Made by a program: the position numbers and the translations under genes. Source: Zygnema circumcarinatum SAG 698-1b (lineage: Eukaryota > Plantae > Zygnematophyceae). From it: 64,000 nucleotides of DNA. The notes under the pieces are model-generated. The model was given only the letters and a program-made list of their open reading frames with translations. It had not been told where the DNA came from and did no database searches. This document shows positions 11,601-22,304 of the stretch, in pieces (the stretch's first letter is position 1; every line of letters begins with the position of its first letter). Location: assembly GCA_037447605.1 (NCBI GenBank), contig CM074818.1, positions 1,934,617-1,998,616 on the forward strand. Direction: 5' to 3'.

Positions 11601-14600
11601 GCAGTGTCCTGTTTTTCCTTTCTGCCACCCCGTTGGATTGAGGAGAATAACTGGCTGTGAACTGCTGTTGAATGCCCTGTGCAAAATTCTTTCATGGCGA
11701 TAAACTCTCCTCCATTGTCACTCCGCAGCACTTTCACTTTGCATCCTGATTCCCTCTCCACCATATCTACCCACCTTTCAAAGATCAATCGGGCATCGCT
11801 CTTTTGACGAAGAAAGTACACCCAAGTCTTCCTGCTGAAATCATCAGTGAGTGTCATGATGTAACGACTCCCACCCAAGCTGGGGGGCTTCACATCACCA
11901 CAAAGATCTGTATGAACCAAGGCTAACCTTTCTTGAGCTCGGTGTTCCACGTCCTTCACCGGGTGTGATTTGCGTACCTGCTTGCCTTTACTGCAACCCT
12001 TGCATGCCTCAATTTCGCTCCCGGAAACTAGCTCCATNNNNNNNNNNTGACTCCAGCCAATTAGCTGCAATTGAGGGATGCTGAGCAAATTGCAACCTAG
12101 ACGAGGTAAGTACAGAACATTGAGTAGTTCTACCTTCTTAGTCTTCTCCCCATTGTTGACAGGCAGGTCCAATCTGACGCTGCCCACGTGTTCCACGAGC
12201 TCATGGGATCCATTCGCCACAGTGAGCCTTCGGGGCTCAACTAGGGGCTGCAGTTCAAAAAAGAGATCTTTGTCAGCACATACGTGGTGTATGGCTCCTG
12301 TATCTATGATCCAATCGTGGTAATCCCCAGATTTCACAGTTCCCATCCCTTCAGCCTCGGTGCATGCATCCAAGTTGTAGACCACAGAGAAACCTTGGTA
12401 TGTCTCAACTACGTATGCTCCCGCTCCCTTGTCAGGTGAGGGGCCACGGCCCCTGCCGCGCCCTCCTCCTCTCCCTCTTTGTGAGTTCCCACCCCCTCGT
12501 CCATTTCGGCAATATGTGCTCACGTGTCCCCACCTGTTGCAGGTGTAACACTGTTTGTCACGATCAGGACAATCAGTGCTCCAATGTCCTTTCTGGTAGC
12601 AATTGATGCACGTATCTGAATCCACACCACCAGCCCTTCCTTGGCTGGTGAACATGCCTCTGCCTCGCGAAGAGCCCTTGCCACGTGCATTCCACCCCCC
12701 AGACCCTTGGGTTGCGTAGGCTCCGGGATCATCCCAACTATCCTCCTGATTGTGAGTTTCGGAGCCTGGAACTGAAGTGTTCTCGTGGTATCCTCCTTCC
12801 TGCCCTTTCCCTCTATGTCCCTGAGCCACGTACGCTCCGGGAACCTCTTTTCCCTTCCCCCCTTTGCTGCTTTCTCGAAATGTCTCTTCGGATCTCAAGT
12901 GCGAGACGAGCCACTCAAGAGTGACTGTGTCTCTACCGCGCACCATCTCTCCAGTGCTTTGGAAGCTAGCTGGCAAGGCACTTAAGAGGCGAAATACGCC
13001 AGTGGCGTCCGTGTAAGGTAAGCCGTGTGCGATGAATCTTCCTCGGAGCTCCTGGAAACGCTTAATGCCATCTGCCATACTGTCTCCTTCACTGATCTTG
13101 AAGGTTGCCCATTCAAAGTTTATGGCCATCTCCTTCACTGGAGTGTTTCGCACATGAGTGTTTTTCAGAGCGTCCCAATACTCCTTTGCGGTGGCCATCC
13201 CTGCCACATTGATGGTCTCATTTGCCGAGAGCGATTCTATGATCATCCGTTTTGCTTGTGAGTTTCTGTAGCGAACGCTACAAATACCTACTCGAGGTGT
13301 GTACTTAGGGCGCGCTTCCCGCTCCTAGTACTCTCTACCTCGGGGCGCTGGCCGAAAGTGGCTAAGGCGCCGGGGACTGGGACCGAAGGGGTCTCTCGAT
13401 CGAATCCTTTGCTAAGGTTGCAGGGTTCGGAGCGCGGCGCGTATACCGAGATATATACGTATCAAGGCCGCCGAGCGTGGTCGGTGGACTGCGGAATCCC
13501 CACTATCTTCCATGCTTTGAACGTGAACCGCCGTCCGCATAATTACGGTTACCGCTGGTACTGACGGACCCTGCCGGGCCGACTCCGCGATAGATCCGCC
13601 ACTGCAGTAATCGACGTAAGATGGGCGGCGCTGTCGCTGCCGCGGCACAAGGCCATGAATGCGGCGAAGCATTCAGATGTTGTACACCTCTCACCTATTC
13701 GAGTCGTAGAGGGACACGTAAGGGCTATTATTGACGCCTCGCCCAACCTCCATGCTGGTAGGAGGTTCAACGGGGGAAGCGTAAAGGGGCGAGGGGGACT
13801 GTCGTCACCCAACCAACATACCGGCATTCGGTTGCACGCCCATCCCGGGCTGCTCCCCACTCTGAAGCTTTCTCTCTCTCTCTGCTGAACTCTGAAGTGT
13901 AATTCCGCGCACGGCTGAAAGGGCGAGATTTCAGTCGTGACATTTGGTATCAGAGCAGGTTTTCGTTTCTTTTTGGGAAGGAACCTGTTGGTCATGGTGA
14001 CCACTCGCCGGGCCGGAGGGGACCCGGGGCCCTCGGGGCCGCCACCTCCACCACCTGTCCCTCGGGACGAGGTGATGGAGGAGAATTCGGAGACTGCGGC
14101 CATCCCCATGGAGGGGCCCAGTCCCGAGCCCACGGATGACCAAGGTCATCCGTGATCGGCCAGCTCTCTCCTCGCTGGCCATCGGAGCCGGGCCGGGCTC
14201 GCAGAGAACCGATCCCATGATCGGGCCNNNNNNNNNNNNNNNNNNNNNNNNNNNNNNNNNNNNNNNNNNNNNNNNNNNNNNNNNNNNNNNNNNNNNNNNN
14301 NNNNNNNNNNNNNNNNNNNNNNNNNNNCTTGGGTTCGCGTAGACTCGGGATCGTCCAACTATCCTCGATTGTGAGTTTGAACTGGAACTGAAGTGTTCTC
14401 GTGGTATCCTCGCTGCCCTTTTCCTCTCTATGTCCACGAGCCCGCGTGCGGCTCAGGGAACCTCTTCCCTTCCCCTTTCAACGCTTTCACCGAGAAATGT
14501 CGCCGGATCTCAAGTGCTTGAGGCGAGCCACTCAAGAGTGGCCCCGTGTCTCTACAGCGCACCATCTCTCCGGTGCTTTGGAAGCTAGGCGGCAAGGCGC

Positions 14601-17600
14601 ACTTAAGGCAGCATCACGCCCGATGGCGTCCGTGTGGAAGAAAGTAAGCGTGTCGATAGGAGATCTTCCTCGGAGCTCACAGGAAAGCGGCAATGCCATC
14701 GCATCTTGTCTCCTTCAGCGATCTTGAAGGTTGCCCATTCAAAGTTTATGGCCATCTGCTTCACTGGAGTGTTTCGCACATGAGTGTTTTTCAGAGCGTC
14801 CCAATACTCCTTTGCGGTGGCCATCCCTGCCACATTGATGGTCTCATTTGCCGAGAGCGATTCTATGATCATCCGTTTTGCTTGTGAGGTTTTACGTAGC
14901 GAAGCCTTCTGATCCTACGGGAGGTGTACTTAGGGGCGGCTCGTCCCTGGCACTCTCTCACCCGGGCGGGCAGTGGCCAAAGTGGGGACCACACAGGACG
15001 GGAAGGGTCTGGGGATGAACATGCCGAAGGTGCAGGGGTTACCGATGCGGCCTTGATATACGAGAGACATATACGTGTCGGCGTCGCCCGATGTGGTGGG
15101 GATCATGGAATCCGACCACATCTTCGCTACGTTTTGGAGCGTAACGCGTCGTCGGCCTATTCACGGGTTACGTTGTTAATGCAGGGCCAATTTATCGGTA
15201 TCCGGAACCCAGCGCCAGCGCGCCATAGGATCGGCCGTGCACCGGCATCTGGCCCGGCGTCGCGTCGCGTAGCGCCCCATGTGAGAATCGCAGCGGCATT
15301 GAAATGCGTTGTACACCTGACCCATTAGTCGAGAGGAGGACGCATGTGATTTTGCACGCCATTGGGCGATACAACTTCCCGATCCTCCAGCGGTAGGAGT
15401 TCCAGCGGAAGCGTAAAGGGGCGAGGTGGCCCCAGCCGTCACCCAACCAGCGATACCGGCATACGGTTGCACGCCCATCCCGGGCTGTTCCCCACTCTGA
15501 AGCGCTTCCTCCCTCTCTCTCTCTCTTAGGCTGAACTCTGAAGTGTAATTCCGCGCACGGCTGAAGGGGCTAGATTTCAGTCGTGACATTTGGTATCAGA
15601 GCAGGTTTTCGTTTCTTTTGGGAAGGAACCTGTTGGTCATGGTGACCACTCGGCGGGCCGGAGGTGACCCGGGGCCCTCAGGGCCGCCACCTCCACCACC
15701 CGTCCCACGGGACGAGGTGATGGAGGAGAACTCGGAGACTGCGGCCGTCCCCATGGAGGGGCCGGTCCAGCGGGCGCCCGCGGATGACCAAAAGGTCATC
15801 CGGTGGCTGCTACCCTCTCCTTTCGTCACGAACCCGGCTCAGCGATCACCCACGATCCCATGATGCGGAAGGCCCCACATCCGCGGTGGGCGCTTCACGA
15901 ATGAAGAAAAGAAGGTCGGCGACACAGGGCTGGATGTAAAGCGGCGTAGCGTCGCCACCATAGCTTTATCTGAGGCAGGTGGGCGACATGGAGCTCCACC
16001 AGTCGCGCTTGAGTAGACCGCTCCAAATGAGTTCGGGGCGCTGCGGGCGACTCGGTCGGTGTCTCAATTTGTAGAGAGCGATAGATGCGGCCGGGTCACA
16101 GGAAGGGGTTGGAAGCACACCACCTTGATAGCATGCGTCGCTACCGGCGTCCCCAACCGGTTGCCGGAGGCGGCGGCGGGGAGATCTGAACCCCCTGGTG
16201 ATTCCAGCGGGGGAGTCACCCATGGGGGTGGCGAACCGCAGGTGGGGACCCCGTGAGGCAGCGTGGCGGCGGCGGAGAGATCAGTCACCGGGCGCTCCTC
16301 CGCAACCCTACTGAGATGCCGGCGGAGTCGGGCCAAGGTAGCCCCTCTTTCCTTTTGGGGCGAACATCCTACCCGCGGGGCCCCTTTCGATTGGCGGTGG
16401 TTGCTTGGAGTCAAGCAGTACGCCGGCCAGCTGTCCCCTCCGATGGGTAAGCTGCTTACCCGGCTCGAAGGAACGCATACCGGGTGTATGAGGGCCTCTC
16501 TGATGAGATTGGGGACGATTGGGATAAGTTCAGAGATGAACTTATCAATCACTTTGGGGCCTTGGATCCCGGCTTGGAGGCCCGGGATAAATTTCAGAAC
16601 ATGGTCCAAACCGGCAGTGTCAAGCAGTTCCTGCGAGACCTGCGTCAAGTGGTCCCTCAAATCACCACTCACAAGCCTGGTCAGGCTGAGTTCTTTTTCC
16701 ACTTCAGGAATGGCTTGAAGCCACACCTGAGGAAGCAGCTGAGAACTAACCCACGGACTCTGAAACCGTGGGACNNNNNNNNNNGAGGGAGAGGGAGAGG
16801 GAGAGGGAGAGGGAGAGGGAGACCACTCACAATGTATTGACAGATTTAGAGTTGATAAGGAACGCCGGAAGTCTACCGGTCAACTGATTGAAGCGGACGT
16901 CTCTGCAATTCATCAATCACACGTGAGTCCGTTGAATAGAAGGTTGGATTGGGACACCTCTATAGTGAGCCAGTCACATGTCTAAATCCTATTCAAAGTT
17001 TACGGTAGTATTAGTTCCTGAGGGTTCAGAATTAGGTTTAAAGGTTCACTTCAAGTGATTGAGAAAGGCCAATTCGAAAATTACACAACCAGAGAGCCCT
17101 CAAGAGCCAATCACGATTTTCAGTATGAGTGATCTCACATGTATTCCAGCTTAAGGAGGTTAGAAAACTCTGCCGGAATGCTTCCTCTGAGAGAGCACGA
17201 GCTGCACCCACTGCCGCATCATACAAAACGAAACGTGAAAGATTATGAGAAGAACTTTTACCAGTAGCCCTTATTCTGGTCTTAACGGTAACCCTAATTT
17301 CGTAACGGTAACCCTAATTCTGGTCTTAACGTTGACCCTAATTCGACCAGAAAGGCGTAAACCTAACCCTAAAAGTGGTCACTTGAAGGCATGGCTCGAA
17401 GCAAAGCGTGTCTTCCACAACACATTGTCATTGCGGCGAAACTTCCAAAAGGTGACAAATGTCACTTACAAGTACTCTAAATTTTCCAGGCTGCCCAAAC
17501 TCGCGGGCAGAGCCTGGAAGGTGTTTCCTGACAACTCGCTGCGCCCTCCCAAAGCAGAGAACAAAGAGAGGTTGAATGTGCCATGGGACGTGACAAACAA

Positions 17601-19146
17601 GGCACATTATGTTATGGAATTCGGAAAGGGTATTAAAGGGATTTTATCACCCTTCCTCTCTCGCACTCTCTCTCTTTATATCTCTCTCTCTTTATCTCTC
17701 TCGCTCTCTCTTTCTAACTCCTCTCTCTCTCTCTTTAAATCTCTCTCCCCCTCTCTCTTTCTCTTTATATATATATCTCTCTCTCTATCTCTTATCTCTC
17801 TCTCTCTTTATACCTCGCTCTCTCCCTCAATCTCTCTTGGTGCTTACAGATGCGTGAGATTTTTTAGTGCTCCAATTTCTGTCGGTATCTCCCCAATGAG
17901 TTGAAAGACGAGCAGGCTCCTTCAGCTCCCAACATGCAGCGAAAACATCCTTTTGAAGGGCCCTTCAAAAATAAGAAGCAGCACTATTGAATCTCGCTTG
18001 AATCGCCATACATTAAAATTTTACACTCGGTATAAGCTCGTTTCACATGCTCTGTTCCAACTTATTTGGATCGTAATTTGCAGGTTACTTTTTGTTAATT
18101 GTCTTTATTTGTCTTTTGAAGTCCCTTTCAAAGCAAGGAGGAGTAAATTATTTCAAATAGTGAGCAGCCATTAGAGTTCAATCCCTCAACCCCGACATAC
18201 AACATCATCAATCACTCGGGATCCTAAAACCCTAAAATGCCAAAACCCTACAATGGCATTGCTTATGAAGGTTAGCCCCATTGCCCACTTACCTTAACTT
18301 CAAGACAAGACCCAAAACACCATGCAGACTCCAAAAAGGCTAGAATCTTTTTAAGAAACTTTTTGCTATCAATACTTTTAAGAGCACAATCAAAACTGAT
18401 TCTGAATGGTTTGAATAGATCTCACAGATGCTGCAAGTGCTTGAGCTCCCCTATCCGCGGGGAAATCGTTCCGTTATTCGTAACCCGCCACCAGTAAATG
18501 TCTTTGAACCTGATGTAGAAGACATCAGCGAGACCAGAAAAGGGAAGAAATTTCAAGCTGCCCGCCTGCAGGTGACCTTTCGAAGCAAAACCGCAAACCA
18601 GATAAACGTTGCCGATCAAAAAGAACGTTAAAAAAACATGCATTCGGGAACCGGGTTGTCGCACGAATGCTGAACCCTAAGCCCTTAGCGGCGGCGGCGG
18701 CGGCTCTCACAGCGAGAGCACATTTCCCCCCGCGTCGCAGACCACGCCCAGCCACGTGCCGCAGTCCGCCCCGCCGTCCCATGAACTCAGAGTTCGCGCA
18801 TCCCTCATCTGAAGGCTCGACCTCACCGCCAACAGAGCATCTGCCATCCATGCGCCGCGTCAGTAACCTCTCCATCCACATCACCAGTCCCCCTCCCCCA
18901 TCCTCCATCATCCCCATCCTCCCCATCATGACCGTCCTCCCCATCCTACCCATCATCCCCCTCCCATCCCATCCCATCCCTCTACGTCCCGGCCTTGCAT
19001 GCATGCATGCATGCATGCATGCACCGACGGCGCGCACCTCGCTGCGCAGCCTCTACAAATGCAGCCCTCGCCGAGGTAGCGAGGCAGAGAAGCGCCATGG
19101 CGCGCAGGAGGAGGAGGAGGAGGCCGCCGCTGCTCGACATGGCCAT
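8667..19146 (-). CDS. Secreted LRR protein (signal peptide, LRRNT_2 cap, plant-type LRRs, C-terminal Cys-rich EGF-like module), about 311 aa. Exons 19146-19038, 18840-18711, 18509-18426, 17919-17848, 17538-17470, 17210-17139, 16902-16831, 8994-8667
   Basis: Signal peptide LLLLLLRAMALLCLATSARA; cap LSSWDGGADCGTWLGVVCD; 69-84-nt phase-2 LRR exons (GTISPRIGELKHLQHL, GEIPTEIGALKNLTHL, LRGSIPAEFSNLLKLEY, FNQLTGRLP); last exon NCF...CKAFC...CGKYGVC...CTCAFGY...TCI*. The join across the TE-filled, gap-containing last intron is in phase but inferred. Confidence 0.8.
9840..11075 (-). CDS. Copia pol: reverse transcriptase + RNase H (partial, begins at N gap)
   Basis: Open frame with RT motifs (DVETAFL, LYGLKQ, YVDDLL, MTDLG, YILGI) and RNase H motifs, ending in a stop at 9840. 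Confidence 0.93.
   Translation of the reverse strand: MAIAAAKGKLIHSMDVETAFLNGDLEEDVYMQVPEGVSAPKGKVWKLKKTLYGLKQAPRAWNAKLHSVLIAAGFIMFKSDHGLYGRGVGDKNVLIGVYVDDLLLVRDRLDCIDEVKRFLQTQFKMTDLGPAEYILGIQIQRGHEGELKLSQAQYAREILERFDMVGCKTASTPLELGVHRTKDMDGTEGTVDVPYREAVGSLMYLMVGTRPDLAAAVGLVSRFCQKPGRAHWLAVKRILRYVASTVEKGIVYKPTGIVRLTGYCDSDWGGDYDTGRSTSGYAFLCGGGVISWNSKLQPTVALSSTEAEYMAACHAAKEAVWLRSLFKEIGLEQRAINIRSDNQGCLALIRNPVFHKRTKHIHIQWHFVQELAESKVVRFSFVRTLEQGADMLTKAATGVVIAEGCRLLGLE
11125..11307. mobile_element. 183-bp LTR-like insertion interrupting the copia integrase-RT linker
   Basis: Copia similarity stops immediately after YRIW. The segment is bounded by TGTTG...CAACA inverted ends and contains TGGTATCAGAGC (tRNA-iMet PBS sequence) on the minus strand at 11250-11239. 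Non-copia sequence continues to the gap at 11085. Confidence 0.6.
11308..13266 (-). CDS. Copia gag-protease-integrase (disrupted by an N gap at 12038-12047 and a frameshift near 11680)
   Basis: ORFs 11489-13246 and 10885-11628: copia-type gag (LLSALPASF), CINCYQKGHWSTDC, CYTCNRWGHVSTYC, DTGA protease and rve integrase motifs. Confidence 0.88.
13267..14227 (+). mobile_element. Ty3/gypsy element 5' end nested in copia gag: LTR 13267-13942, PBS 13945-13956, gag start
   Basis: TGTAGCG...CGTGACA (676 bp) followed by TT+TGGTATCAGAGC (tRNA-iMet PBS) and ORF MVTTRRAGGDPGPSGPPP. The copia gag frame is cut exactly at 13266. Confidence 0.88.
14894..16774 (+). mobile_element. Ty3/gypsy LTR, PBS and gag (error-rich second reading of the same element, extending further into gag)
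   Basis: LTR ends CGTGACA at 15588, PBS 15591-15602. ORF 16484-16774 WDKFRDELINHFG...ARDKFQNMVQTGSVKQF...FRNGLKPHLR is a typical Retrotrans_gag domain. Confidence 0.85.
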
Positions 19147-19221
19147 GGCGGGCCGGGCCAAGCCGGGTCCAAGCTGCTGAGAAGGGACGACGCCGGGCTG
19201 GCCCTCGCCGGGCAAGCGGCA

Positions 19222-19228
19222 TTTTATA
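19222..19228 (-). promoter_or_regulatory. TATA box of the LRR-EGF gene
   Basis: TATAAAA on the minus strand, ~76 nt upstream of the ATG at 19146, in an otherwise GC-rich context. Confidence 0.6.
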
Positions 19229-19576
19229 GGGTTGTTATGTAGTGTGGTGGCCGGGGGGGGGGCCGTTTTAGGGTTTTAGGGTTTGCTTTAGCTGACGGGG
19301 ATTTTTGTGGACATGCAGCCAATAGGAGCGGGGATTGGACGTGGCAAGGAAGGACCGTTCCGTGGGACGGCGATTTGGACCGTCCGATCCGCCGTTAAGG
19401 ATTTAACGGGATTTGCTTACGTTTATGACGTAGCCAGCAATTGCCAAGTGGGTGCAGCCGTTGGCTACCAACCGTTGGCACCCACTCACTAGCTAGGGAT
19501 GGCCGCACTTGCGAAAATAAAATTCTAATTTGTAAAAAATCGATTTTAAAGGGGCTATTTTAGACGAATAAAATTA

Positions 19577-19982
19577 GGGTACTGCTATTTTCACACCTTT
19601 TTTTGTCAAGATACACACCTTGTTTTCGCCGGGCAGATTTCAAAGCCAATTTACATGTTAGAGCCACATGAAAGCCATTGCCAACAACATGCGCAACACC
19701 TGCATGAGCTCATCAAGTTGTTCAAGTTTTTGTTGGAAGGAGAACACTATGTAAGATTAGGCGAAGACATGAAAATGTTGCAGGAGCAAAACCCTCATAC
19801 TGACTTCTCCTGTTGCGTTGTGCGGTTTGCTTGGGGGGGGGAGTGGTGAGGTAGGGCAGACGCACCCAAAATAAAATGGGGTTTTAAGAGTTTTTAATCC
19901 TTTTGTTTTCCTAAAACAAAATCTGCCTGACGGAAAAAGGTGTGTATCTAGACGAAAAAAAGGTGTGAGAATAGCAGTCTCC
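19577..19982. mobile_element. MITE with ~60-bp terminal inverted repeats, TTA on both flanks
   Basis: Left GGGTACTGCTATTTTCACACCTTTTTTTGTCAAGATACACACC...GGCAGATTT; right (rc) GGAGACTGCTATTCTCACACCTTTTTTTCGTCTAGATACACACC...GGCAGATTT. TTA at 19574-19576 and 19983-19985 fits a PIF/Harbinger-type TSD. Confidence 0.8.
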
Positions 19983-20827
19983 TTAATTTAAAAACTAATA
20001 ATAATTCTTACGGTCCTCCCTACTCGAGGGCCATCGTTTGGTTTGACCCGCGGTTGTACTTGGGCATTGTACAGATAATTGTACGGACATGATAGCCACG
20101 CAGTTGCGTTGTTCCAAACCACGTGTCGTGCAGTTCACCGCGCGGTTTACCGCCCGTTTCACATTTTGTCGTTTTGTGGTACGTCTCCTGTTTTTCCCTG
20201 TCCCGTGGCCACCTGCCGCCCACAGTCGGGACTGAATCGGTACCGCGCGGGAGAGGAAACAGAGTACTCTGCGAAGGGGAACTTAGAGCTGACGTCAGCT
20301 GGATCTGAGGGAGGGAGGGACTGTGGGGTAGGAGGGGAGGGTTTGCCGGAGGGTTGAACCCAAGTGAGAGGGAGGGAGAGAGGAAGGGAGAGAAAGAGAG
20401 AGAGAGGGGGGGAGAGAGAGAGTGAGGGAGAGAGAGAGTGAGAGAGAGAGAAAGAGAAAGAGAGAGGGGGAGTGAGGGGGAGAGAGGAGAGGGAGCGAGA
20501 GAGAGGGAGAGAGCGAGAGGGAGAGAGAGGGAGGGAGAGAGAGAGGGAGAGAGCCAGAAGGGAAGAGCGGGAGGCAGAGAGAGGGAAGAGAGGGGGAGGG
20601 AGACATAGGAGAGAGGAAGAGAGTGGCAGGTAGGCATTGGAGTGGAGAGCGGGGTGCAATGTAGAGGGTTTTGTAGAGAAAGTTCGGAAGAGGGGGAGTG
20701 GGGATGCCGTAATGTAGGGCACCACAAATTCAGGGTGAGCGCCCTGAAATTAGGGTCCAGGATCTAAAAACTTGAGAGCTAAGGGCTTAGAGTCAAAGGT
20801 TCAGGGTTTAAGCCTGGAAAGGAGAAG

Positions 20828-21409
20828 ATGTGGAACGCTGTCAGTTGGCTGTTTGGCGCGCTCGAGCATGTGGAGGGAACTCCGTCGGAGAAAACGGAGA
20901 ACGGAACTGTAATTGGAACTGCAACGGCAACAGTCCCAACTGGAGCAAAGAGAACACGAGCCATTCGGTGGGGTTTTATCGGTGAGGGTCAGGGTTCAGG
21001 GCTCCCAATTACTCCTCCCCTCCCTCTCCCAACCTCTCTCTCGCTCCCCCCACGCCTCTCCCTCCCCCCCCACTGGCCCTCTCCTCCCTCCCTCTCCCAC
21101 CTACTCTCTCCCCCCACGCCTCTCTCCCTTTCCCCCCTCTGGGCCTCCCCTCCCCTCCCTCCCTTCTCCCCTTTCCTTCCCTTCTCCCTTCTTCTTCCTC
21201 CTTTTTCCCTTCCTTCTCCCTTCTTTTTTCCCTTCTTCCCTTCCTCGTCCTCCACTCTCACCCCTCTCCTCCCCTCTCTCCCTTCCAACTTCTAAACCCT
21301 AAACCCCTCTGCGCGGTGGACAGGTTTGGGAGAAACGGCATGGGATGTGGCGGAGTGTGTGGCCTCTCAACCGGACTGCGAGATTGTGGCTGTGACCGGC
21401 GCTGACCCT
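20828..21409 (+). other. Redundant copy of exons 1-2 of the Gfo/Idh/MocA gene (assembly duplication 20532-21998 = 22009-23474)
   Basis: Near-identical sequence at offset 1477 on either side of a 10-N gap. Confidence 0.75.
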
Positions 21410-22304
21410 GTGAGTGGTGGAGGGAGAGGGGAAGCGAGGGAGGGGAGAGGGGAGGGGGAGAGGGAAGAGGGAGGAGGAGAGGGAGGTAGAGGGAGGGAGG
21501 GAGAGGGGGGGAGGGGAGGGGGACAGGGACAGGGACAGGGAGGGAGAGGGTGACAGAATTGGTGGCAGAATATGCTGCCTCATTATTATTATTATTATTA
21601 TTCGTGTGAAATTGTCTAATTTACCAAGAAATAGTTTTTTTCTCTCCTTTGATCTATCGACTTCCCCCTCTCCCTTCCTCTGTGTGTCTCTTCGTCTGTC
21701 TCTTCCGACCTATCTTTCTATCTCCCCTCTCCATGCCCTTCCCCTTCTCCCCCTCGCCCCTTTCTTCTCCCCACTCTCTGTTTCTTTCATCCCTTCCCAT
21801 GTCTCCCCCCCCTCCTCTCTCCTGCCCCCTCGCCTTCCCCTTGTTTTAGTCACCCTCTCTCTCGTCCCTTTTTTCCTCCCTCTCTTCCTTTGCATTGCCA
21901 CCCACTCTTCCTCCCCTTTCCCCCTCCCTTCTCCACCCTCCCCTTTCCTCCGCCTCCCTCGTTCCTCCCTCACCCTCTCCTCTCCCCTCTCCCACTCCNN
22001 NNNNNNNNAGGGAGAGAGAGAGGGAGAGAGCCAGAAGGGAAGAGCGGGAGGCAGAGAGAGGGAAGAGAGGGGGAGGGAGACATAGGAGAGAGGAAGAGAG
22101 TGGCAGGTAGGCATTGGAGTGGAGAGCGGGGTGCAATGTAGAGGGTTTTGTAGAGAAAGTTCGGAAGAGGGGGAGTGGGGATGCCGTAATGTAGGGCACC
22201 ACAAATTCAGGGTGAGCGCCCTGAAATTAGGGTCCAGGATCTAAAAACTTGAGAGCTAAGGGCTTAGAGTCAAAGGTTCAGGGTTTAAGCCTGGAAAGGA
22301 GAAG

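Larger units (their letters stand above)
9494..13266 (-). mobile_element. Ty1/copia LTR retrotransposon (gag-pol plus 3' LTR; 5' end displaced by a nested gypsy insertion and gaps)
   Basis: Copia domain order: two CCHC knuckles, protease WIIDTGA, integrase VHTDLCG/DDFSR/LRSDNGGEF/AERKNRT, RT MDVETAFL/LYGLKQAPRAW/YVDDLL, RNase H DSDWGGD/STEAEY/ADMLTK. PPT AGAGGGGGAA (9821-9812) abuts the LTR start TGTTGGG at 9811. The distal LTR end (~9494) is tentative. Confidence 0.95.

Noticed and set aside
14328-15862. Second independent copia+gypsy insertion (tandem duplication of 12706-14227)
   Set aside because: Same junction and order after a 100-N gap, with scattered indels typical of an unpolished long read; most likely a redundant gap-fill.
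19494-20022. hAT element enclosing the MITE (TAGGGATGG...CCTCCCTA)
   Set aside because: The right TIR is imperfect and the 8-bp flanks (TCACTAGC vs CTCGAGGG) do not match.
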